Shown in pieces: positions 30,727 through 39,200 of a stretch of 64,000 nucleotides of DNA (the first letter of the stretch is position 1; every line of letters begins with the position of its first letter). The stretch is from the NCBI GenBank assembly GCA_038042445.1, contig JBBTED010000027.1:42470-106469 (forward strand). The letters run 5' to 3'. Made by a program: the position numbers and the translations under genes. The notes under the pieces were generated by a model. The model was not told the DNA's origin, searched no databases, and saw only the letters and a program-made list of their open reading frames with translations. This DNA comes from Candidatus Firestoneibacteriota bacterium. GTDB lineage: Bacteria; Oederibacteriota; D2-FULL-39-29; JBBTED01.

Positions 30727-31389
30727 TTAATTACCTCTTAATAGTTTCTTTCTGTATTTTTCAAATTCAAAATCAGCGATTTCTTCAACTTCCTTTTGTG
30801 TAAGAAATCTTGGCTTGCCTATTAAACTTGCAAAAATTTGGGTCTTTGCAGCTTCTTCTATAATTAATGTCTTATAATATGCTTCTCTAAGAGTTTTTCC
30901 TGCGCATATACAACCATGGTTAGCCAATAAAATATTTTCACAATTAGGGATAACTTTTTCAACAATAGCTATTAGCTTTTTACCGCCAGGAGCAATATAT
31001 TTTAATGTGCAAACATTTTTTACATACGCCACAAAATCAGGCCACATTGGTTTTAATTTCACACCTGCTGTAATTAAAGAAGTAACATAAGGTGGATGAG
31101 TATGAACAACAGTATTTATGTCAGTATTTTTTCTATAACAAGCAAGATGTATATTTATTTCTGAAGATGGTCTGGAATCTCCTTCTATAACTTTTCCGTC
31201 TCTTATCCTGACTCCTATATAATCATCAGGTTCAAGCTCATCAAATGAAAAACCACTTGACTTGATATAAATTATATCATTACATTTAGCGCTTATGTTC
31301 CCGCCAGGGCCAATAACCAATCCTTTTTCCTGAATTAAATTACCATATTTCACAAGTTCTTTTTTTATTTTTTTAGATATAATATTCAT
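30727..31389 (-). CDS. Class II aldolase/adducin family (fuculose-phosphate aldolase-like)
   Basis: GGNIS, PSSE..IH, VVHTHP, LLANHG. Confidence 0.9.
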   Translation of the reverse strand: MNIISKKIKKELVKYGNLIQEKGLVIGPGGNISAKCNDIIYIKSSGFSFDELEPDDYIGVRIRDGKVIEGDSRPSSEINIHLACYRKNTDINTVVHTHPPYVTSLITAGVKLKPMWPDFVAYVKNVCTLKYIAPGGKKLIAIVEKVIPNCENILLANHGCICAGKTLREAYYKTLIIEEAAKTQIFASLIGKPRFLTQKEVEEIADFEFEKYRKKLLRGN

Positions 31390-32165
31390 CTCATCTCCTG
31401 ACCACCTGTAACATTTATTGCCTGTCCACTCATATAATTAGATTCATCAGAAGCTAAAAACACTAAAAGGTTAGCAACATCATCTACTGTGCATTCCCTT
31501 TGCAAAGGAACTTTTTCTATATATTTTTTACGAACTTCTGCAGGTGGAATGTTTAGTTTTTTTGAATACTCTTTGTCTAACTGATCCCACAATGGAGTTG
31601 AAAATACATTTCCCGGGCAAATTGCATTTACATTTATTCCATACGGTGCTAAATCAAGTGCAACACTTTGAGTTAAACCTATTACTCCAAATTTTGCAGA
31701 ACAATATGCAGAAAGCCAAAGCCCTCCTTTTTTACCTGATTTAGAACTTATGTTTATTATTTTTCCATATTTTTGCTCTACCATTACCTTAGCAACTGCT
31801 TTTGTGCATAAAAAAGTTCCCTTTAAATCCACATTTATTATGGCATCCCATACTTCTTCAGGCATATCAGTAATTGCAAATGCTTTTATTATTCCTGCGT
31901 TATTCACAAGAATATCTATACGTTTGAATTTATCTACAGCTTTTTTAACCATTTCATCTACATCTTTAGAATTAGTTACATCAATTTTTACAGGAATACT
32001 TTTTCTGCCGGTATTTATAATTTCTTCAGACACAGATTTTGCATTATCAAAATTTATATCTGCAACTACAACATTACAACCTTCTTTTGCCAATCTTATT
32101 GCTAATCCTTTTCCTATTCCCTGACCAGCACCTGTAATTATAACTACTTTATCTTTCAATCTCAT
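31386..32165 (-). CDS. srlD: SDR, sorbitol-6-phosphate 2-dehydrogenase-like
   Basis: TGAGQGIG, SSKSGKKG, YCSAKFG, SVALDLA, GQAINVTGGQ. Confidence 0.75.
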   Translation of the reverse strand: MRLKDKVVIITGAGQGIGKGLAIRLAKEGCNVVVADINFDNAKSVSEEIINTGRKSIPVKIDVTNSKDVDEMVKKAVDKFKRIDILVNNAGIIKAFAITDMPEEVWDAIINVDLKGTFLCTKAVAKVMVEQKYGKIINISSKSGKKGGLWLSAYCSAKFGVIGLTQSVALDLAPYGINVNAICPGNVFSTPLWDQLDKEYSKKLNIPPAEVRKKYIEKVPLQRECTVDDVANLLVFLASDESNYMSGQAINVTGGQEMR

Positions 32166-32296
32166 TTCACACCTCATCATTTTATACTTTGTAATATCTT
32201 CATCATTAAGTATAAATGTTTTTTACACTTTTGCAAGAAAATTTTTAATTTATTAGTAATGGGGTCAGTCTTTGGTTTTTTTTTCGTTATATCGCG

Positions 32297-32348
32297 TAGG
32301 GGCGGATTTATCCGCCCAATAATTAAGGGCTGGCAAGCCAGCCCCTAC
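32297..32348. repeat. GTAGGGGC REP doublet
   Basis: gtaggggcggatttatccgccc ... gggctggcaagccagcccctac. Confidence 0.8.
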
Positions 32349-32444
32349 AAAGATAAAAGATTATTCCGTATTTCACTAACCCATTACATAAACATATAAA
32401 ATAGTCTTGGCAAATTTATATAGCTATGTAATAATGTCAGAGTT

Positions 32445-33167
32445 ATGTTAAATAATATAAATACCTTTATTCAAAAAATTAGAGCTGAACTTAAAATCAA
32501 TGCTGATGAAAAAACTAAACAAAGTTTTCAGCGTTTTTTTAAAGAACAAATTAAGTGTTATGGCGTAAAAACCGAAATAGTACGCAAAATCGCTAAAAAA
32601 TACTGGCAAGAAGTTAAGAAATTGAACAAAAAAGAGGTTTTCTCCTTTTGTGAAAAACTTTATGCTTCAGATTATTGCGAAGAAGCTTTTATTGTTTCTT
32701 ATTGGATTCCAAATTTGACCAGTCAATTTGAACCAAAAGATGTAATGATATTTGAGAGGTGGATTAAAAAATATATCAATAATTGGGCAAAATGTGATAG
32801 TTTTTGCAACCATTCTGTCGGAAATTTTATTGAAAAATATCCACAATACATCAAAGAATTAAAAAACTGGAGTAAATCAGATAATATCTGGTTGAAAAGA
32901 GCATCTGCTGTATCTCTTATTATTCCAGCTAAAAAAGGTAAATTCCTGTCGGATATTTTAGAAATAACCAATCAGTTATTATTGGACAAAGATGATATGG
33001 TTCAAAAAGGATATGGATGGTTATTGAAAGAAGCAAGCAGACATCATCAACAAGAGATATTTAAGTATGTTGTAAAAAACAAAAAGAAAATGCCACGCAC
33101 CTCTTTAAGATATGCTATTGAGCTAATGCCAAAAACACTTAAATCCAAAGCGATGAAACATGATTAA
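32445..33167 (+). CDS. DNA alkylation repair protein (AlkD-like)
   Basis: NNWAKCD, W.KRAS, DMVQKGYGWLLKE, RTSLRYAIE. Confidence 0.88.
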   Translation: MLNNINTFIQKIRAELKINADEKTKQSFQRFFKEQIKCYGVKTEIVRKIAKKYWQEVKKLNKKEVFSFCEKLYASDYCEEAFIVSYWIPNLTSQFEPKDVMIFERWIKKYINNWAKCDSFCNHSVGNFIEKYPQYIKELKNWSKSDNIWLKRASAVSLIIPAKKGKFLSDILEITNQLLLDKDDMVQKGYGWLLKEASRHHQQEIFKYVVKNKKKMPRTSLRYAIELMPKTLKSKAMKHD

Positions 33168-33179
33168 AAAGATTTTTAT

Positions 33180-33431
33180 TTAATTACATCCACAGCCTTT
33201 TTCTGCATCATCATTAAATGCTTCAACACTTTTAATTACTGTTGAAATAACCTTGTCCATTTTACCCATTGCACCTTTTCTTACCATCTTTCCTACTTCT
33301 ATTGCTTCCTCAATTTCCTGTTCATTAGCTCCATTTTCTTTTGCCTTACTGACATGATAGTTTAAACAAGGCTGACAATTTGCAGTAACCGATGCACCAA
33401 TTGCTATCAATTCTTTAGCTTTATCGTCCAT
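33180..33431 (-). CDS. Carboxymuconolactone decarboxylase/AhpD-like protein
   Basis: KELIAIGASVTANCQPCLNYH; C-terminal GCGC. Confidence 0.88.
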   Translation of the reverse strand: MDDKAKELIAIGASVTANCQPCLNYHVSKAKENGANEQEIEEAIEVGKMVRKGAMGKMDKVISTVIKSVEAFNDDAEKGCGCN

Positions 33432-33451
33432 AACACCTCTCCTTTTAATTT

Positions 33452-34150
33452 TTACGATCTTGAGAATTCTGCTTTAGAAAATATATGAATATTGGAATTA
33501 GCCAACAAATTCGTAGTTGTAATTATTGCTGCTATAATATATTTTTTTACAGCTAATTCCTCTTCTTTAACACCAAAACCAGGCATTGATGGTCCGCATA
33601 TATAAAAATTTGCACCTAAATCTTCCAGAATTGCTATAGTCTCTTCAGGGACAGGCCATCCTATTTGATTTTTCAGTATTTTTTTTACGAGTCCAGTAAA
33701 AAGAATACCACTAAATCCTGAAAGTTTTGAGTGATAATCTTTTTTTAACAGCCGCACACCTGCTCCTTCAAATACAATATTTACTTCCATTCCCAATACA
33801 GCTGCAGCTAATGCCTTACAAAAAGGTAAAAGCACTTGTTCTAACCGAGCTGTAGAAATAATAACTGTCATTTTGTTATTGTTTTTCTTTTGTTCACCCT
33901 TCTTAATAAACAAACTTTGTTTGTTTTCTTCCTTTTTTTCTGAACCAAGGAAAATATGGCCTGTTAAATCACAAAATGTTTTAATGTCTGCAAGAATTCC
34001 TTTGTTATCTTTAATAATCACCTCTAAAGTCTCCCCTATTTTAAGATAATCCATTTCTTTAACAATTCTATATGCAACCATATCTGGCTTTAATGTTTTA
34101 GAGGTATCAATAATAGTTTTCTTTATTTTATCTTCAGCCATTATACTCAC
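33452..34150 (-). CDS. TusA-like plus DsrE-like fusion protein
   Basis: N-terminal GETLEV...DIKTFC..TGH (TusA fold without CPxP); C-terminal V.IVFEGAGV, YICGPSM. Confidence 0.7.
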   Translation of the reverse strand: MSIMAEDKIKKTIIDTSKTLKPDMVAYRIVKEMDYLKIGETLEVIIKDNKGILADIKTFCDLTGHIFLGSEKKEENKQSLFIKKGEQKKNNNKMTVIISTARLEQVLLPFCKALAAAVLGMEVNIVFEGAGVRLLKKDYHSKLSGFSGILFTGLVKKILKNQIGWPVPEETIAILEDLGANFYICGPSMPGFGVKEEELAVKKYIIAAIITTTNLLANSNIHIFSKAEFSRS

Positions 34151-34179
34151 CTCCTTATTTAATTCTTGAAGTTAAATTT

Positions 34180-34482
34180 TTATCCGCAACAACTAGTATT
34201 TTGTAAAGTTTTAGTTTTATCTGAACCACAACCGCAAGCTGCTTCTTGTCCTGTTAGTGCTGATATCATCATAGCAGCAGCACATCCTACACCTACTTCT
34301 ACAGATATAGCTTGTGCCTGACAATTTTTCTGACAGGCTCCACATTCCATACAATCTAAAAGATGAATAATCTCAGCTTTTTTATTTCTGATTTGAAAAA
34401 CATTGTGCGGACAAACTTCTATGCATCTGCCACAACCTGTGCATTTGCTTTGTTCAAGTTCTAAAGTAGTTATAGTTTTCAT
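34180..34482 (-). CDS. hgcB: Mercury methylation ferredoxin HgcB
   Basis: CTGCGRCIEVCP and CMECGACQKNC, GVGCAAA, Cys-rich tail CGC..CCG; directly follows hgcA. Confidence 0.95.
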   Translation of the reverse strand: MKTITTLELEQSKCTGCGRCIEVCPHNVFQIRNKKAEIIHLLDCMECGACQKNCQAQAISVEVGVGCAAAMMISALTGQEAACGCGSDKTKTLQNTSCCG

Positions 34483-34495
34483 ATTATCACCCCTT

Positions 34496-35554
34496 TTATA
34501 TAAACTTCCAAACAAATTGGATTATCCAAATACTCAGTGCTGTAACTATTCCAACTGCTATCCAGGGAATTACTGTTTTGATTTCCTGACGCACACCATT
34601 AACAGAAGTATAAGTAGTGGCACCTGTAAAATTAAGTGCAATAAACGCTGAAGCTGAAACATTAGCAGCTAAAAAAGGTATGAACTGCCAGATGGACATA
34701 GGCAAAATTAAACTAATTACTAATGCTTGCAAAAATCCCCAAAAGGCACCTTTTGTAGTCAACCATTTCCCAGGCAAAATATTATGCAAAACTGGAATTG
34801 CAATACCTGTAATCATAATACCAGCTATACTTAAAGCTATAGTAGGGCCAGTAACAAACCATAATATAATAGTAGCCAGTAAAACAGGTAGAAAAACAAA
34901 TCGTAATTCCATAGGAATCAAAATAACTCTCTCTGCTAAATTAAATGTAACCAAACGCATAGATGAAGTAACCCTGCCAGTATCCAAAAAAGCAGGCAAA
35001 TCTTTGGCACGTACTGGTCCATAAACTACACGGAATCCTGTTTGTTTTTCAACTTCATGCGATGCAACTCCAGGTGCACCTAATTGTTGAACAATTAACC
35101 TGTGATGCTTGACTTTTTTTTCTAATTCTGATGTTTGAACACGTCTTACGATTTCTTCAGTTCCAAAAGTACCCTTACCAGCCGCACACCAGACATTAAT
35201 GCCTTTAGTATCCAGAACTAAAATCCATGCATTGTCCCCTTCTAAATTTTTTCTTAAAACATCAAAACTCATACGATAATTAGCAGATACTAATACAGGT
35301 GAATTTTCATCTGGAGTACCCAATGCCCAAAGTCCAGGTGTAACAATAGCATTCATACGCCCTATTCCCCATCTGTATTTCCATTGATTCAAAGTATCAT
35401 AAAAATCAAAATGACTATCTGTTTTGTATATTCTTGTCTGTGACCAAATCTTTGTCTTTTCAGACTGATCTGTACTATCCGGATATTCAATACCATTTAT
35501 ATCTATCCCAGTTACATTACTTAATATATTAGTTACAGCAGTTTTTCTATTCAT
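34496..35554 (-). CDS. hgcA: Mercury methylation corrinoid protein HgcA
   Basis: Cap helix GINVWCAAGKGTFG, LGAPGV, YGPVRA, C-terminal TMs with NFTGATTYTS..GV..E; AAGGTG RBS before ATG 35554. Confidence 0.97.
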   Translation of the reverse strand: MNRKTAVTNILSNVTGIDINGIEYPDSTDQSEKTKIWSQTRIYKTDSHFDFYDTLNQWKYRWGIGRMNAIVTPGLWALGTPDENSPVLVSANYRMSFDVLRKNLEGDNAWILVLDTKGINVWCAAGKGTFGTEEIVRRVQTSELEKKVKHHRLIVQQLGAPGVASHEVEKQTGFRVVYGPVRAKDLPAFLDTGRVTSSMRLVTFNLAERVILIPMELRFVFLPVLLATIILWFVTGPTIALSIAGIMITGIAIPVLHNILPGKWLTTKGAFWGFLQALVISLILPMSIWQFIPFLAANVSASAFIALNFTGATTYTSVNGVRQEIKTVIPWIAVGIVTALSIWIIQFVWKFI

Positions 35555-35583
35555 TTTTAGATCACCTTCTTTATTTATTGTTA

Positions 35584-35883
35584 TTACTGTTTTTTTGTTT
35601 CCTCGGATCCAGAACATTGACAACCACTTAATTTTTTTCGCGCCATTTGCCGAAATATTAAAAACAACCCTAAAAAAAACCATAGTATTCCAACTGCTAC
35701 AAAAATTTTGCTATGTTTGTGCAAAAACGCTACTGTCCCTGCTCCTAACAAAAATGCAAATGGGCCTGCAAGTATTGCACCACCGCAAACAGGAGCACAA
35801 ACAACACAAGTAGCTCCTAACAACCCTGCTACAGATGAAATTGCTCCACCTACCATATTAACTATACCCGCTTTTTTACTCAT
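35584..35883 (-). CDS. Small Cys-rich membrane protein, MerT/MerC/MerF-like
   Basis: About 3 hydrophobic segments; CVVCAPVC after the first, GCQC in the tail. Confidence 0.6.
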   Translation of the reverse strand: MSKKAGIVNMVGGAISSVAGLLGATCVVCAPVCGGAILAGPFAFLLGAGTVAFLHKHSKIFVAVGILWFFLGLFLIFRQMARKKLSGCQCSGSEETKKQ

Positions 35884-36185
35884 TTTTCTTTACCTCCTTT
35901 ATTTATTTCTTCCATCACAGGTCCAAGTATGTTTTTTACCATACCTGCAAGTTCTTCAACTTTTATCAAACAAATACAACACGTTTTTTTATTATCCCCC
36001 ATGCTTGCCACTGCTAATTTATCACCAGATTTGATATTCGCTTTGTCTCTAACTTCTTTTGGCAACACCATTTGCCCACGTTCATCCACACTCACCAATG
36101 CCTCAACTTTGCAACAACTCATATTGTTTATACCGTTTGCATCACAACATGTTTCTTTTTTATTTCTTTTAGCCATTTTACTCAC
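35880..36185 (-). CDS. hgcC: AbrB/MazE-fold regulator, HgcAB-associated (HgcC-like)
   Basis: VDERGQMVLPKEVR..ANI..GDKL AbrB signature with three CC pairs; first gene of the hgc operon. Confidence 0.7.
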   Translation of the reverse strand: MSKMAKRNKKETCCDANGINNMSCCKVEALVSVDERGQMVLPKEVRDKANIKSGDKLAVASMGDNKKTCCICLIKVEELAGMVKNILGPVMEEINKGGKEK

Positions 36186-36199
36186 CCCCTTTTTAGATT

Positions 36200-36261
36200 A
36201 TTCAGTCAATTCTTAAAAATCAGTATATGCTGATTTTACTAAATTTCTGAATTTATGTCAA
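36200..36261 (-). promoter_or_regulatory. hgc operon promoter with palindromic operator
   Basis: TTGACA (36261-36256)-N17-TAAAAT (36238-36233); palindrome aaaatcagtatatgctgatttt at 36216-36237. Confidence 0.65.
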
Positions 36262-36366
36262 TAATAATTTGCAGAGAAGTTTTCCCATTTTTATAAAAAT
36301 AGTACAAACATTTGCAAACAATTCAATGCACCTAAGATGTCATTTTCACAAAACAATAATAATAAT

Positions 36367-36427
36367 GTAGAAGGGGCTTTAGCCCCGGTATTTTCTTCTT
36401 TATACGTTCGCCTAGGCGAACTTCTAC
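36367..36427. repeat. GTAG-type REP doublet
   Basis: gtagaaggggctttagcccc ... gttcgcctaggcgaacttctac. Confidence 0.65.
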
Positions 36428-36566
36428 ATAAAAATTTCATTTCCACTTTCTAATTTTATAAAATCCTTTATTCATCTGTGATTTCCTCAATTTATAACAA
36501 AATTTTGGGGAAATGCCTCTAATTTGCATTGATTTTTTGGATTTTATAATTTATAATCTTGGCTAT

Positions 36567-37793
36567 ATGAAACAAGTATATTTAGACAATCATTCTAATA
36601 CACCAATTGATGAGCGCGTATATAATGAAATGCTGCCGTATTTTTTAGAATTTTATGGTAATGCTCAAAGCATGCATTCTATTGGCGCAAAATCTAAAGA
36701 TGCTATAGAAAATGCACGAACACAAGTTGCAAATCTCATTGGAGCAAAAGCAGATGAGATTTATTTTACATCATGTGCTTCTGAATCTAATAATCTTGCT
36801 ATTAAAGGTATTGCCCAAAGCTATAATCAAAAAGGAAAACATATAATTGTCTCAAGTGTAGAACATTTTTCTGTTCTTTATTCTGCAAAACGTTTAAGTC
36901 AAAATGGATTTGAAGTCACTTATCTTCCTGTTGACAAATATGGGTTAGTTTCACCAGACGATATCCAAAATGCTATAAGAAATGATACTATACTTGTTTC
37001 TATTCAGCATGCAAATCCAGAAATTGGAACAATACAACCTATATCTGAAATATCAAAGATTGTTCATAAAAAAGGTGTTTTATTTCATACAGATGCAGTA
37101 TGCACAACAGGACATATTCCTGTTAATGTAAATGATTTAGGAGTTGATATGTTGACTATATCTTCTTCTTTGATGTACGGACCAAAAGGCACTGCAGCAC
37201 TTTACATAAAAAAAGGTGTGAAAATAATACCGCAAATTGATGGCGGTATTCAGGAAAACGGTAGACGCGCTGGCACAGAAAATGTGCCCTGTATAGTTGG
37301 CTTTGGCAAAGCTTGTGAAATTGCGAAAATTGAAATGAGCGAAAATTACAAAAAATTGCTTAATTTACGCAATCGTTTAATTGCTGAATTGCCTAAAAAA
37401 ATAGAGCATTTATATTTGAATGGCCATCCTGAATTAAGACTTCCAAATAATGTAAACTTCTCAGTTGAATTTATTGAAGGCGAAGGAATGCTTTTGTTTT
37501 TAGACCAAAAAAACATTTCCGTTACAAGTGGATCTGCCTGCACTTCAAAATCGCTAAAAATGTCTCATATTTTATCTGCTATAAAAACAGATACTGCTAT
37601 AGCTCAAGGTTCAGTTCTAATGACTCTTTCAAAATATAATGATGATAACGATATAGACTATGTTTTAGCAGAATTTCCGCCAATTGTCCAAAGACTGCGG
37701 GAGTTATCGCCGTTGTATTCTTATTTTATTAAAACAGGCAAACGTCAGATTGCAGGTCCGGGCACTGATTACGAACATACATATGAACATTAG
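36567..37793 (+). CDS. iscS: Cysteine desulfurase homolog (IscS/NifS) lacking the PLP-binding Lys
   Basis: YLDN, RAGTENV, SGSACTS present; SxHK replaced by SSSL before MYGPKG. Confidence 0.85.
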   Translation: MKQVYLDNHSNTPIDERVYNEMLPYFLEFYGNAQSMHSIGAKSKDAIENARTQVANLIGAKADEIYFTSCASESNNLAIKGIAQSYNQKGKHIIVSSVEHFSVLYSAKRLSQNGFEVTYLPVDKYGLVSPDDIQNAIRNDTILVSIQHANPEIGTIQPISEISKIVHKKGVLFHTDAVCTTGHIPVNVNDLGVDMLTISSSLMYGPKGTAALYIKKGVKIIPQIDGGIQENGRRAGTENVPCIVGFGKACEIAKIEMSENYKKLLNLRNRLIAELPKKIEHLYLNGHPELRLPNNVNFSVEFIEGEGMLLFLDQKNISVTSGSACTSKSLKMSHILSAIKTDTAIAQGSVLMTLSKYNDDNDIDYVLAEFPPIVQRLRELSPLYSYFIKTGKRQIAGPGTDYEHTYEH

Positions 37794-37843
37794 TAGGGGC
37801 GAGTTTACTCGCCCAATAAACGGGCAGGTAAACCTGCCCCTAC
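37793..37843. repeat. GTAGGGGC REP doublet (half copy at 27151-27172)
   Basis: gtaggggcgagtttactcgccc ... gggcaggtaaacctgcccctac. Confidence 0.8.
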
Positions 37844-37882
37844 AATTATCAGTAAATTTTTACACTATTTAAGGAGGAAATT

Positions 37883-38266
37883 ATGCCGTTTTATTCAGAA
37901 AAAGTAATGGAACATTTTCAGAATCCACGAAATGTAGGAGAAATAAAAGACGCTGATGGTATTGGAGAAATTGGAAATCCTGTTTGCGGGGATATGATGA
38001 CTTTTTATATAAAAGTTAAGGATAATATTTTGGAAGATGTAAAGTTTAAGACATTTGGATGTGGAGCAGCTATTGCTGTTTCGTCAATGGTAAGTGAAAT
38101 GGGAAAAGGAAAAACATTAGATGAAGCATTAAAAATAACAAATGCATCAGTTGCTCAGGAACTCGGCGGACTTCCACCGAATAAAATGCATTGCTCAAAT
38201 CTTGGTGCAGATGCATTACACAAAGCAATAGAAAATTATAAGAAAAAACAAGGAGGCACGAAATGA
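37883..38266 (+). CDS. iscU: Fe-S scaffold IscU/NifU-N
   Basis: GNPVCGD, FGCGAAIA, LPPNKMHCS. Confidence 0.95.
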   Translation: MPFYSEKVMEHFQNPRNVGEIKDADGIGEIGNPVCGDMMTFYIKVKDNILEDVKFKTFGCGAAIAVSSMVSEMGKGKTLDEALKITNASVAQELGGLPPNKMHCSNLGADALHKAIENYKKKQGGTK

Positions 38267-38436
38267 AAGAGAAAAAATGCAAATGCCCTTTTTGTGAAGG
38301 TGAATTATTATTTAAATGTGTTGCTCCTGTTTTTTGCGAAAATTGTGCGATAACACTTCTAAAATGCAAAAAATGCGATAATTTATTCAATGAGAAATTA
38401 AAAATTTGCCCAAAATGTGGAGAGAAAAATGACTGA
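38263..38436 (+). CDS. 57-aa double zinc-ribbon protein
   Basis: Not in the ORF track. AGGAGG RBS, ATGA overlap with iscU; MKEKKCKCPFCEGELLFKCVAPVFCENCAITLLKCKKCDNLFNEKLKICPKCGEKND has four CxxC. Confidence 0.8.
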   Translation: MKEKKCKCPFCEGELLFKCVAPVFCENCAITLLKCKKCDNLFNEKLKICPKCGEKND

Positions 38437-38923
38437 AGAAAATTCACCTGTACAAATGAAAGATAAAATGACAATAATTTTATTTTCAGGAGAATTAGAT
38501 AAAGCAATTGCAGCATTCACACTTGCTACAACTGCTGCAGCCAGTAATATGGAAGTAAGCATATTTTTTACATTTTGGGGATTAAATACTTTAAAGAAAA
38601 CAACCTTTGTACCTGCAAAACCACAAATGATAATGCAAAAAATGCTGAATTTTATGAACCGGGGTTTACCACTTTCACGCCTTAATATGTTTGGCTTAGG
38701 ACCATGGATGATGAAGAAACTTATGAAAAAAACCAAAATGGCATCTTTAGAAGATTTAATGAAACTTGCAAAACAATTGAATGTAAAATATATTGCTTGT
38801 ACAACAAGCTGCTCAGTAATGGGACTATCCAAGGAGAGTTTAATTAGTGACGTTAATGAATTTGCAGGTGCATCAACTTATCTTGCAGAGGCTAAAGATG
38901 CAAAAGTAAATTTATTTATATGA
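38429..38923 (+). CDS. DsrE2-family sulfur transferase
   Basis: FSGELDKA, FFTFWGL, IACTTS. Confidence 0.88.
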   Translation: MTEENSPVQMKDKMTIILFSGELDKAIAAFTLATTAAASNMEVSIFFTFWGLNTLKKTTFVPAKPQMIMQKMLNFMNRGLPLSRLNMFGLGPWMMKKLMKKTKMASLEDLMKLAKQLNVKYIACTTSCSVMGLSKESLISDVNEFAGASTYLAEAKDAKVNLFI

Positions 38924-38972
38924 TTTATTTAGCAAAGCTTATGCTTTGCATCTACAAAAAATAATAAATATT

Positions 38973-39200
38973 ATGAACATTACAAAATCACTGGATTGTA
39001 TTGGCCTTTTTTGCCCTATGCCTGTGGTTAAAACTCAGCTTGAACTTGAAAAGATGCAATCAGGTGAAATTCTTGAAATCACAGCAGATGACCCAGGCTT
39101 TGAAAAAGATTTACCTGCATGGTGCAATATGACCGGAAATAAATTCCTTGAAATAAAAAAAGAAGGCAACATCTTAAAAGGCTACGTAATAAAATTGTAG
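38973..39200 (+). CDS. tusA: Sulfur carrier TusA
   Basis: LDCIGLFCPMP, ADDPG..KDLPAWC. Confidence 0.92.
   Translation: MNITKSLDCIGLFCPMPVVKTQLELEKMQSGEILEITADDPGFEKDLPAWCNMTGNKFLEIKKEGNILKGYVIKL

Noticed and set aside
34496..35554. HgcA as an ordinary CO dehydrogenase/acetyl-CoA synthase corrinoid subunit, or as a selenocysteine variant
   Set aside because: The cap-helix Cys (TGT), the TM domain and the adjacent hgcB identify a standard Cys-type HgcA.
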